Source: an uncultured virus (IMG/VR IMGVR_UViG_3300028283_000004)
Taxonomy: Duplodnaviria > Heunggongvirae > Uroviricota > Caudoviricetes
DNA length: 20,000 bases
Virus record (IMG/VR): IMGVR_UViG_3300028283_000004
Direction: 5' to 3' (one strand)
The notes under the pieces were generated by a model. The model was not told the origin of the DNA, made no database searches, and saw only the letters and a program-made list of their open reading frames with translations. Position numbers and translations under genes: made by a program. Below, piece by piece: positions 8,426 to 16,503 of the stretch. Within the stretch, counting starts at the first letter, position 1; the number at the start of each line of letters is the position of its first letter.

Positions 8426-9355
8426 ATGGAAAATAATAAATTACCTCAAAGAGAAAGTGTTTCAGATGCATTAAAAAAATATAAAGAAGCGAATGATAAA
8501 GTATCTGATGAATCACAATATGTAAATTCAGTTTCAAATGTCTCAAATGTTTCAATTCCAAAACCAACATCATTCAATCAACAGGATTTTGAAAAAACAA
8601 TGTCTAAAGAAACTGATCCAGATTTAATGATTTCTTATGAAGTTGTTAAATTGCCATCAAAAGGTATGTTTTATTCACATGGTATTTCTGAAGTCAATGT
8701 CGAATATATGACTTCAAAAGACGAAGATTTATTAACTACACCATCATTAATTGAAAATGGAACTGTTTTAGATAAACTTTTAAAAAGAAAAATTAAAACT
8801 CAAGGAATTAATATTGATGAATTATTAACGGGCGATAGAAATGCAATCATTTTATTTCTTCGTACTTCGAGTTATGGCTCAGATTATACCGTACAAGTAA
8901 CTGACCCAAGATCAGGTATACCGTTTACAACTACAGTTAATTTATTAAAATTACATTATAAAGAACCTAAAGAATTTCCTGATGAATTTGGATATTTTTC
9001 TGTAGAACTTCCTATGCGTAAAAAAACTGTTAAATTTAAATTATTAAGTTCAGGTGATGAAAATTTAATCTTTAAAAAAGCAGAATCAATTAAAGAAGTG
9101 TATAATGAAGAATTTAGCCAGTATAACACAATGAAATTAAAATCACACATTGTTGCGATTAATGAAAAGGCTGATAGGTCATATATTGACAGATTTATTG
9201 ATGCAATGCCTGCTTTAGATGCATATACCATTCGTAAAAAATTGATGGAAGTATCTCCAGATGTTGATATGAATTATGAATTTATGACCAATGATGGCTA
9301 TAAATTTTACACAAGTTTAAGTGTTGGTGTAGATTTTTTTTTCCCTCAAATTTAG
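8426..9355 (+). CDS. Baseplate hub assembly / tail assembly chaperone (T4 gp26-like)
   Basis: 'VKLPSKGMFY...YMTSKDEDLL...LLTGDRNAIILFLRTSSYGSDY...LPMRKKTVKFKLL...DFFFP' follows the gp26-like pattern, including the terminal FF motif. It lies just upstream of the tape measure gene. Confidence 0.8.
   Translation: MENNKLPQRESVSDALKKYKEANDKVSDESQYVNSVSNVSNVSIPKPTSFNQQDFEKTMSKETDPDLMISYEVVKLPSKGMFYSHGISEVNVEYMTSKDEDLLTTPSLIENGTVLDKLLKRKIKTQGINIDELLTGDRNAIILFLRTSSYGSDYTVQVTDPRSGIPFTTTVNLLKLHYKEPKEFPDEFGYFSVELPMRKKTVKFKLLSSGDENLIFKKAESIKEVYNEEFSQYNTMKLKSHIVAINEKADRSYIDRFIDAMPALDAYTIRKKLMEVSPDVDMNYEFMTNDGYKFYTSLSVGVDFFFPQI
9334..9343 (+). other. Predicted -1 programmed ribosomal frameshift (slippery) site T9-C
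   Basis: GAT TTT TTT TTC gives X XXY YYZ = T TTT TTC in the zero frame, three sense codons before the TAG. The -1 frame is open from 9304 to the TAA at 9544-9546. Confidence 0.7.
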
Positions 9356-9372
9356 CGGGTGAGTATAAAAAG

Positions 9373-9546
9373 ATGGTTGATGAAGAAATATTCATATTAA
9401 CCAAACACGCTAAATTTCAGGCAGATTATATAGAAAAACTCCCAATATATCGTAGACGACATTTTTTATATTTACTTCAAAGAGAAAACGAAGAAGTTGA
9501 AAAAATGCAAGACAAAGCAAGAAGCAAGAATAGTAGACCAAGGTAA
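9373..9546 (+). CDS. gp51-like / 'GT' tail chaperone extension (57 aa from ATG; probably also or only made by frameshift), not in the ORF track
   Basis: MVDEEIFILTKHAKFQADYIEKLPIYRRRHFLYLLQRENEEVEKMQDKARSKNSRPR*. 'IFIL..H......IEKLPIYRR.HFL.LL' resembles T4 gp51 / gpE' (gpT) chaperone tails. It is in the -1 frame relative to 8426..9355. Confidence 0.75.
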   Translation: MVDEEIFILTKHAKFQADYIEKLPIYRRRHFLYLLQRENEEVEKMQDKARSKNSRPR

Positions 9547-9570
9547 TAAAAAATCTTGGTCTTTGTATTT
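9535..9570 (+). terminator. Possible intrinsic terminator / hairpin before the tape measure gene
   Basis: Inverted repeat AGACCAAG (9535-9542) / CTTGGTCT (9555-9562) followed by TTGTATTT. The loop is long and contains the stop codon. Confidence 0.4.
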
Positions 9571-9572
9571 AT
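9565..9572 (+). promoter_or_regulatory. Putative phage late promoter motif GTATTTAT
   Basis: Lies 19 nt upstream of the tape measure ATG (9592). Confidence 0.5.
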
Positions 9573-9591
9573 ATATAAATGTTAAATTATT

Positions 9592-12147
9592 ATGGCTAAA
9601 AATCCCACTTCTGTAAATGCAGGTAATCTCAATAAAATTAATGAAGCTTTAGAAAAACAAGCTGAATTATATTCTAAAATTGGTGCAAAAGAAGAGGCTA
9701 TTTTTTTAAGACAAAAAATGGCTGAAAATAATAGAACTGCTATTAATAAATTACTTAAAGAACAATATGAATTAACCAGTTTAATCGGTCCTCTCTCTCT
9801 TGATGAAATACAGCGTTTAAAAGATATTAAAAAATCATTGATTGATATTTCAAAAGAACACTCTAAATTAATAAGTAGTTTAAAAGTTGAAAATGAATTA
9901 TTAAAAACTGGTATTACGTGGAGACAAGCGGGTGTTAATTTAGCTAAAGAAATGGGTAATCAATTAAAAATTGGTTGGACATATTTACAAGCACAGGATA
10001 AAATAATAAAATCAACAATTCTTAACTTAGGAATGTCTGGTACTAAAGCAGCGGCAATGAGATTATCTTTTGAACAATCCGCACAATTTGCTGCAACTTT
10101 GGGTGCTAATTTGGAAGATATTCAAAAAATAATGGAAGGTTTTGCTGATGAAACTGGTAGAGCACGTGCATTATCAGCTCAAATGGTTGAAGATGTTGTG
10201 ACTATGGGTAAAGGCACTGGATTAGGTATTGAAAATGCAACTAAACTTGGTGCTCAGTTTGAATATATGGGTGTTGATGTTAAAAATACAATGAATTTTG
10301 TACAAGGTGTTGTAGACACATCTGAAAGAATGGGTGTTAATACAACTAAAGTATTAAAAACAGTTAATGATAATTTTAAAAAATTAAGTACTTTTACTTT
10401 TCAGGGTGGTGTAAAGGCAATGGGTCAAATGGCAATGAATGCCGAAAAAACTAGAGTAAGTTTAGCTACCGCACTTAATGTTGCCGAAGCAACTAGAGGA
10501 TTAGACCAAGTTATTGAATTAGGTGCTAATTTACAGGTAATGGGTGGTGAGTTTGCTAAAATGGACCCATTCCAATGGTTATATATGGCTCGTAATGAAC
10601 CAGATAAAATGACTGAAAAAATTTCTGAAATGACAAAGGGTATTTATACACTTAAAAAAAATTCAGATGGTACTTTTGAAAAATTTATAAGTCCTGAAGA
10701 TAGAGATAGACTTGCAAATGTTGCAAAATCATTAGGAATATCACAAGAAGAAATATCACAAATTGCACAAAGAAGACTTGATTTAAGTCTTTTAGATAAA
10801 CAAACTGCTGGAATGGGTTTAACTAAACGTGAAAAAGAATTAATTCAAGGTGCATCCACAATGAATAGTGCCACAGGTAAATATCAAGTATATTTAGCTG
10901 GAACTATGACAGATATTAGTACCTTAACTAAAGAACAAGCAAATTCATTTGCTAGTGAACAAGTTTTACTTAAAGAAAGAGCAAAAGAAGCCTTAACTTT
11001 TGATGAAGCGTTTAAAAACACAATAAATGCATTAAAAGCAGCATTATTACCTTTATTAAATGTGGTTAATGGGGTATTAAAAGTAGTTAGACCAATTTTT
11101 GATGCAATAAGTAAATTTGGAACTGGTGGTGCAATAGCAGCATTAGTTGGTGGTGCTCTTCTTTTGAAAGGTGCTATTTGGGGGATAACTAGATTGACCG
11201 AGAATTTTGTTAGTAAACTCCCAATGTTAAGTAAAATCATACCCGGTTCTGGTGGTTCTGGTGGTGCTGCTGGTTCTGGTGCTGCTGGTGGTAAATGGTG
11301 GCAAACTAAGGCAGGTACTATTAGAAAAGGTGCACCAGAAATGATGAAAGCAAAGGGAATGTCAAACCTAGCTACTGGGGGTGGTATTGGTGCTGCTGCT
11401 TTAGGTACTGGCGCAGGTGTTGGTGCTGCTGCTGCTGGTATTAGTTTATTGGCAGATGCAATGAGTAAATTGGATGTTGAAAAAGCAAAAATTTTACAAA
11501 ACATAGTAATCACAATTGGTTTAATTACAGGAGTTGGAATTGCAGCTGCTACCACATTAATGTTTGCTGCACCATCAATAGTTGCTTTTGGTACAGCAGC
11601 GGGTGCAGCATCTATTGGTATTGGTATGTTAGCAATAGCATTAACACCGATTGGTCTTTCAGTTTTAGCAATAGGTGCAGGTATTGGTCTTGCAACAGCT
11701 GGAATTGGATATATGTTTACAGGAATTGGTAATTTAGTAACAGGAGTTGGTAATTTAGTTACATCATTTTCTAATTTAAAAATAAGTAGCGAAACACTTA
11801 CAGCAATAAAAACAATTGCACTAAGTGCACCAGATTTTAAAGTAGTTGGTGATAGTTTTGCTAATATAAACGCAGCATTATCTGGAAGTAAAGATGATTG
11901 GGTTGCTGTTCAAAATGCAATTACTGCAATTAGCGGTGCAAACATATCTGGTGGTGGAATGTTAGCTGAATTAGCAAACCTATTGAGAAGTCCATTAAAA
12001 GTTGAATTCACCGATAAAAATGTTGCTATCGTAAGTAATATTACAATGGAAATAGATGGGGAGAAATTTATGCAAAAAGTATATAATGTTAATACTTCAG
12101 TACAAAAACATGCAGAAGCCAGAAATGGAACAAGTGGACAAAAATAA
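9592..12147 (+). CDS. Tail tape measure protein
   Basis: 851 aa, helical Ala/Gly/Leu/Met-rich, with a coiled-coil N-terminus and long hydrophobic Gly/Ala segments in the C-terminal third. It sits at the canonical position directly after the frameshifted chaperone pair. Confidence 0.82.
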   Translation: MAKNPTSVNAGNLNKINEALEKQAELYSKIGAKEEAIFLRQKMAENNRTAINKLLKEQYELTSLIGPLSLDEIQRLKDIKKSLIDISKEHSKLISSLKVENELLKTGITWRQAGVNLAKEMGNQLKIGWTYLQAQDKIIKSTILNLGMSGTKAAAMRLSFEQSAQFAATLGANLEDIQKIMEGFADETGRARALSAQMVEDVVTMGKGTGLGIENATKLGAQFEYMGVDVKNTMNFVQGVVDTSERMGVNTTKVLKTVNDNFKKLSTFTFQGGVKAMGQMAMNAEKTRVSLATALNVAEATRGLDQVIELGANLQVMGGEFAKMDPFQWLYMARNEPDKMTEKISEMTKGIYTLKKNSDGTFEKFISPEDRDRLANVAKSLGISQEEISQIAQRRLDLSLLDKQTAGMGLTKREKELIQGASTMNSATGKYQVYLAGTMTDISTLTKEQANSFASEQVLLKERAKEALTFDEAFKNTINALKAALLPLLNVVNGVLKVVRPIFDAISKFGTGGAIAALVGGALLLKGAIWGITRLTENFVSKLPMLSKIIPGSGGSGGAAGSGAAGGKWWQTKAGTIRKGAPEMMKAKGMSNLATGGGIGAAALGTGAGVGAAAAGISLLADAMSKLDVEKAKILQNIVITIGLITGVGIAAATTLMFAAPSIVAFGTAAGAASIGIGMLAIALTPIGLSVLAIGAGIGLATAGIGYMFTGIGNLVTGVGNLVTSFSNLKISSETLTAIKTIALSAPDFKVVGDSFANINAALSGSKDDWVAVQNAITAISGANISGGGMLAELANLLRSPLKVEFTDKNVAIVSNITMEIDGEKFMQKVYNVNTSVQKHAEARNGTSGQK
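11719..11760 (+). repeat. Tandem 21-bp duplication within the tape measure gene
   Basis: acaggaattggtaatttagta / acaggagttggtaatttagtt (19/21 identical), encoding TGIGNLV-TGVGNLV. Confidence 0.8.
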
Positions 12148-12274
12148 ATTTAAATAGCTAATTATCAGCCATTTAAATTTATTTTATTATTTATTTAATT
12201 GTTAATATTTGTTAATAAAAGTTAAATATTAATATTTTTATCAAAAACATGGTAATTACTAACTTTATTTTTTG

Positions 12275-12450
12275 TAACTTTGACGTTGCTTTACGCAAGC
12301 GCACAGCATAGCGTACTGACGTACACTACACAGCCACGCACCGCACGCTACTTTCTTCAGTTCTGCGAACCAAAGAACAAATTTACAAGATTTGTTATTG
12401 AATTTTTCAAATCCAATTAAAACTTGACATGATAGGGTAGCTATGCTCAT
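12275..12450. other. Structured non-coding element (candidate ncRNA or replication origin)
   Basis: A GC-richer, C/A-skewed island (about 12283-12372) lies in an otherwise extremely AT-rich 496-bp intergenic region. It has several hairpins, an 8-bp long-range inverted repeat, and TAnnTTTG motifs on both strands pointing into it. Confidence 0.45.
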
Positions 12451-12623
12451 TTTATAAATAAAATTCAAATTAAAAATCAAAAGTAGTAAAATAAATTGAA
12501 TTAAAAATAATTATTGTAATTAGTACCCAATTTTTGTTTTGATAAAAAAGGATGATAAAAATTTTTGGGTTTTGGAATGGTCTATCTCAATGTAAAAATA
12601 CAGTAAATAAAATCAATATGCAA

Positions 12624-12631
12624 GTATTTAT
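12624..12631 (+). promoter_or_regulatory. Putative phage late promoter motif GTATTTAT
   Basis: Lies 12 nt upstream of the ATG at 12644. Confidence 0.5.
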
Positions 12632-12643
12632 TTAAAAAAATTA

Positions 12644-15600
12644 ATGGCAAATACATCTGGTATTCCAACTTCAAGATTATTAACTAGTACGGAGGCTTTG
12701 AGAAAGACATTAGCTGCTAGAAATATTTATGCACCTGATACTGAATATCCTATTAATACTCAAACTACAGTTAATAAAACTGTTGATGCTATTAATAGTG
12801 TTATTGCAGGAATAACGCCTTTCAAATCAATCAATCTTGAAAATACTGTATTTGGTAGAATTGTAACAAATCAAACCCCAATTTCAACAATTGGTTTGGC
12901 TATGCTTGCTAAACAAATGGCTTTGAACTCAATGTCACATGCTTCTCAGCAAGTATTACCAGTATTAAATTTAAGTAATGTTTTAACTGGAAAACCAATA
13001 ATATCATTTAGCAAGAATTATAATATTACGGTTAAATCAAGCACAAGCTTTTTAGAAAAATTAAGTCATATTGCTGCATATTGGTATCCAAATAGAGATT
13101 ATCCATTTAAGCCAACCTCAACCAATGATGATTATATCAAAAATAGTGGTAAGGGACAATTAAGTTTAATGTATACAGCTATTAATAGAAATCCTTATAA
13201 ACAGGGTAAAGTTGGCGATGTTTTTTATGAATATGCCGATGCTGTAAAAGTGCCAATTAACCCAAGAGATGTAATTTATAATATAGGTAATAAAACCTTT
13301 TTCAATTATAATGATAATAGGGAATATCCTTATTTAAAAACAGTACCTAAAGAAAGCTCAATTGCACAGGCAAATGCTGGAATGAATCAGGCATATGTTT
13401 TAAATGGTTCATCAATACAAGAATATGCACCAACAGCTGAGTTTATTGACAATAATTTTGGAAGCACTATTTCTAAAGTATCTGACGAAATGTTAGATGA
13501 AGGATTTTTAAACTTATATTCTGACTATAATATGAATAGTTGGGTTGGTGATAATACTGAATTTAGTGATTTAATTGAAAATAAAGTTGTTTGGGGTAGA
13601 GATGGTGTCACTAAAGAAACTGCTGCAATAACATCTGGTTTACAAGGTCTTTCTAGCGGTGTTTCAGTAGTTCCTCAAAATTTATCTAGTGGATTTAACA
13701 TAAACGCTGGTTTATTAGAATATACGAGAAATCTAGTAAATGCTACAGAAGGTTCTGTTGTTGATATTACAAGAAAAGCATATTTAAAAGACGGTAAAAT
13801 TGCTGGATTTAATGGTTCTGCATTATGGAGAGCACCCTCAACGTCATTTCCTGAAAATGTTGGAAAAGTTGGTTTACGTCAACATACAGTACTAGACCAA
13901 TATGATAGATTTGCAAAAGCAATTAGATTTAATGGTAATAATTTATATCAGGGAAATCAAGATTCTGTAATATTCAATTCAGTATTGCCACGCATACATC
14001 CTGTTTTAAATAAAGAAGGTGTATTGGAAAATAAAAATATGATGTTTAGTATTGAAAATCTTGCTGTAAGGGTAATTAGTAAAGATGGGTTTGGTATAAT
14101 TGATGATGAATATGGTTCACCGATACCAGCGTCAGAGGTCGGACCGTTCAACGGACGTGTTATGTGGTTTCCACCATATAATTTAGAAATTAATGAAACT
14201 GCAACAGCTAAATATGAATCAACGGTAATGGTAGGTAGAAATGAACCTATGTATAACTACATGAATTCTGAAAGAACTGCAACATTAAATTTTTCTTTAT
14301 TGGTGGATTATCCACCACAATTAAGAAACTTTGCTAATAGTGAAACTGCACATAAAGATATTGCAGAGTTTTTTGCTTTTGGAGGTAACCCAATAGCTTT
14401 AGCTGGTAAAGGTAAGGGTGATTCTGAGTTAAGAATAACAATACTTGAAGAAGAAATAGATAAAATTAAAGGTGGTAAGGTTACTGAACCAAAAATTAAT
14501 GTACCTACCCCAATTTCAATATATTTTCCGAACAATATTCCAACAGTGACTGATAATCTTAATACAATTATTGATAAAATGTATAAAGGAGGCAGTGGAA
14601 ATTATCATTATGAAATTATTCCTAATTGTGAATCAAGTGATGGGGGTCATTATGCACTAAATAGACCAGTCTATTTAATTAGTGGTATGACACAAACATT
14701 TGATGATATAACAGGAAAATTTGTTTATTATGCACCAACTTCTCCATCGTTTTCGCAATACGACTATTCTCCAATCAATCAAGATGGATTTAGTTCTGGT
14801 TTAAATTTGAATCAGGTTTTAAAGGATGTATATGATAATGAAATACTTAGAAAATATTATAGTATTAGGGTTGTGGGGGGTGCATCAAAATTATATATTG
14901 AAAACGGTAAAAACGGTACTGAACCAAAATTTAATGAAGCTTTGGGTCAAAGAAGAGCAAATGCTGCAAAATCTCTTGTAGAACAAAGATTAATTGGAAT
15001 TTACGATAAATCAGCGACAGAATTAGGAATTGATATTATCACCTCAACTTCGGGTAGTATGATGGCTAGTTTATCTGGTGCAACTGCTGCTGCAATTCCA
15101 TTAATGAGTACTAAATTGGAGAGATACGCAGATATAAATATATATCGAAATAGTAGGACTTTTGATGAAAACGCAAAAAAATTAACTATAGAAGAAGAAG
15201 AAACAATTAAACAATTACAAATTGAAATTGACGTTTTAACAACTCAGATTAATAATGCTAAATCACCAAGAGAATTAATTTATAACGAAAGAAAGGCAAG
15301 TGAGACTGCAATTTTAAATGGTTTTAAATCAGTTACTGGTAATCATTTGTATCCAGCATTTCATTCTCAGACACCAGAAGATTTTCATAAAAGATTAACA
15401 TTTTTACAACAATGTACAAGACAGGGTGCAGCTAAAAGATATGATGTTGTAGATGAAAACGGAATATTAAGAGCAAAGAATTCGGTTTTCGGTAGACAAC
15501 CTATATGTATTTTAAGGGTTGGTGATTTCTTTTATACAAAAGTGATAATTGAAAATGTTACCTTTGATTATACTGAAGCACCTTGGGATATGAACCCCGA

Positions 15601-15907
15601 AGGTTTTGGTATGCAGCCAATGATAGCTAAAATTACATTACAAATGAAATTGATTGGTGGTCAATCGTTGAAAGGACCGATTGATGCACTTCAGAATGCT
15701 GTTTCGTTTAACTATTATGCCAATTCATCTTATAGTTCAGATGGTATGTATAAATTGCCTTCAGACCAAGCAAATGCGCAGTCTTCATACATCAACGGCA
15801 TTTTAACTACCGAAAAAAATAGTCTAATGGGGGCATATGATAAAAAACATCCCAAAAATACTAACACTACTGTAATTAAGGGACAAACAACCGTTAATTA
15901 TGAATAA
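12644..15907 (+). CDS. Large baseplate / tail-tube-initiator-like protein (gp48/gp54/GpU-like domain) with inserted OmpA-like domain
   Basis: 'FPPYNLEINETATAKYESTVMVGRNEPMYNYMNSERTATLNFSL' and 'QPICILRVGDFFYTKVIIENVTFDY...PMIAKITLQMKL' are the two halves typical of tube-initiator folds. Between them is 'IYF...IRVVGGAS...NEALGQRRANAAK...ERYADI' (OmpA C-terminal-like). It lies between the tape measure and LysM/gpX-like genes. Confidence 0.65.
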   Translation: MANTSGIPTSRLLTSTEALRKTLAARNIYAPDTEYPINTQTTVNKTVDAINSVIAGITPFKSINLENTVFGRIVTNQTPISTIGLAMLAKQMALNSMSHASQQVLPVLNLSNVLTGKPIISFSKNYNITVKSSTSFLEKLSHIAAYWYPNRDYPFKPTSTNDDYIKNSGKGQLSLMYTAINRNPYKQGKVGDVFYEYADAVKVPINPRDVIYNIGNKTFFNYNDNREYPYLKTVPKESSIAQANAGMNQAYVLNGSSIQEYAPTAEFIDNNFGSTISKVSDEMLDEGFLNLYSDYNMNSWVGDNTEFSDLIENKVVWGRDGVTKETAAITSGLQGLSSGVSVVPQNLSSGFNINAGLLEYTRNLVNATEGSVVDITRKAYLKDGKIAGFNGSALWRAPSTSFPENVGKVGLRQHTVLDQYDRFAKAIRFNGNNLYQGNQDSVIFNSVLPRIHPVLNKEGVLENKNMMFSIENLAVRVISKDGFGIIDDEYGSPIPASEVGPFNGRVMWFPPYNLEINETATAKYESTVMVGRNEPMYNYMNSERTATLNFSLLVDYPPQLRNFANSETAHKDIAEFFAFGGNPIALAGKGKGDSELRITILEEEIDKIKGGKVTEPKINVPTPISIYFPNNIPTVTDNLNTIIDKMYKGGSGNYHYEIIPNCESSDGGHYALNRPVYLISGMTQTFDDITGKFVYYAPTSPSFSQYDYSPINQDGFSSGLNLNQVLKDVYDNEILRKYYSIRVVGGASKLYIENGKNGTEPKFNEALGQRRANAAKSLVEQRLIGIYDKSATELGIDIITSTSGSMMASLSGATAAAIPLMSTKLERYADINIYRNSRTFDENAKKLTIEEEETIKQLQIEIDVLTTQINNAKSPRELIYNERKASETAILNGFKSVTGNHLYPAFHSQTPEDFHKRLTFLQQCTRQGAAKRYDVVDENGILRAKNSVFGRQPICILRVGDFFYTKVIIENVTFDYTEAPWDMNPEGFGMQPMIAKITLQMKLIGGQSLKGPIDALQNAVSFNYYANSSYSSDGMYKLPSDQANAQSSYINGILTTEKNSLMGAYDKKHPKNTNTTVIKGQTTVNYE

Positions 15908-15925
15908 AATTTAAAATAATTAATT

Positions 15926-16240
15926 ATGCCATACGTAGATTATAACAGATATTCAATATTAGCAAATGACAACGGTACAACAGAACTAATGCCTTTTGTC
16001 AATTTACCAATTAATCAAAGTGACAAATATGAAAACTGGAACACTGAGTTTAGTAGATTGGATAAATTATCACAAAAATATTATGGTAATCCGTTTTATG
16101 ATTTTTTAATATTATATGGGAATAATATTTATGTTAGTGAGTTTGATATTCCCGATAATGCTGTGATAAGAATACCTTTTCCATTAAATAAGGTTAAGGC
16201 AGATTATGAAGCAGCTTTAACCTTATTTAAAAAACAATAA
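15926..16240 (+). CDS. Baseplate wedge LysM-like protein (P2 gpX / T4 gp53-like)
   Basis: 'RLDKLSQKYYGNPFYDFLILYGN...IPDNAVIRIP' matches the gpX/LysM pattern R-L-D-x-(I/L)-(A/S)-x-x-Y-Y-G ... N ... I-R-I-P. Confidence 0.8.
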   Translation: MPYVDYNRYSILANDNGTTELMPFVNLPINQSDKYENWNTEFSRLDKLSQKYYGNPFYDFLILYGNNIYVSEFDIPDNAVIRIPFPLNKVKADYEAALTLFKKQ

Positions 16241-16247
16241 ATAATCC

Positions 16248-16278
16248 TTGTAAATTAAAATTTAATGTTTTATATTTG
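16248..16278 (+). promoter_or_regulatory. Bacteroidota-type promoter TTG-N20-TATATTTG
   Basis: TTG at 16248-16250, a 20-nt spacer, and TATATTTG at 16271-16278. Confidence 0.7.
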
Positions 16279-16338
16279 CGGTTGAAATATACTGTAAATA
16301 TATAAATATGAAAACGAATGTGATAAAAAATTTTTATT

Positions 16339-16500
16339 ATGAAAAATAGAAAAATAATTAAAGTCGAAATTCCACAAGCGATATGGGATGCAGAAATGTC
16401 AATTTGTAATCTTATTTTCTCAAGACCAATATTAAGAACTTGGATGGAAAGTGTACAAGAAGTTATTAGTAAAGTTAACGAAGCAAATAATAAAAAATAA
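16339..16500 (+). CDS. Small hypothetical protein (53 aa), not in the ORF track
   Basis: MKNRKIIKVEIPQAIWDAEMSICNLIFSRPILRTWMESVQEVISKVNEANNKK*. It follows a consensus promoter, and its stop lies within the second repeat copy. Confidence 0.55.
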   Translation: MKNRKIIKVEIPQAIWDAEMSICNLIFSRPILRTWMESVQEVISKVNEANNKK

Positions 16501-16503
16501 TCC

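Noticed and set aside
8531..8557. Short 9-nt repeats (VSN-VSN-VSI) in the gp26-like N-terminus
   Set aside because: This is ordinary low-complexity sequence in a probably disordered leader, with no sign of a separate function.
9353..9355. Stop-codon reassignment (TAG read-through, as in some large Bacteroidota phages)
   Set aside because: Genes are intact and densely packed under the standard code. Reading through this TAG adds only about 15 residues before a TAA, while the -1 frame gives a recognisable protein. TGA is also used as a stop (19094, 19723).
12283..12372. tRNA or CRISPR array in the GC-richer island
   Set aside because: I could not build a cloverleaf with an acceptor stem and a canonical T-loop (GTTCRA) on either strand. 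The repeats are only 5-7 nt and lack regular repeat-spacer periodicity.
12265..12480. 71-aa minus-strand ORF across the GC-richer intergenic island
   Set aside because: It has a non-ATG start, Cys-rich atypical composition and opposite orientation to both neighbours. The region is better explained as structured non-coding DNA/RNA, though coding is not formally excluded.
12525..12575. ACCCAA...TTGGGT inverted repeat followed by Ts as a terminator
   Set aside because: Only a 6-bp stem with a loop of about 34 nt; too weak to call, although it could belong to the larger intergenic element.
96..16240. Bacterial T6SS or extracellular contractile injection system locus instead of a phage
   Set aside because: No TssJLM/ClpV or Afp15-type ATPase is visible. 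A tape measure gene with frameshifted chaperones, PhoH, a gp55-like sigma and a phage-type nuclease start fit a large phage genome.
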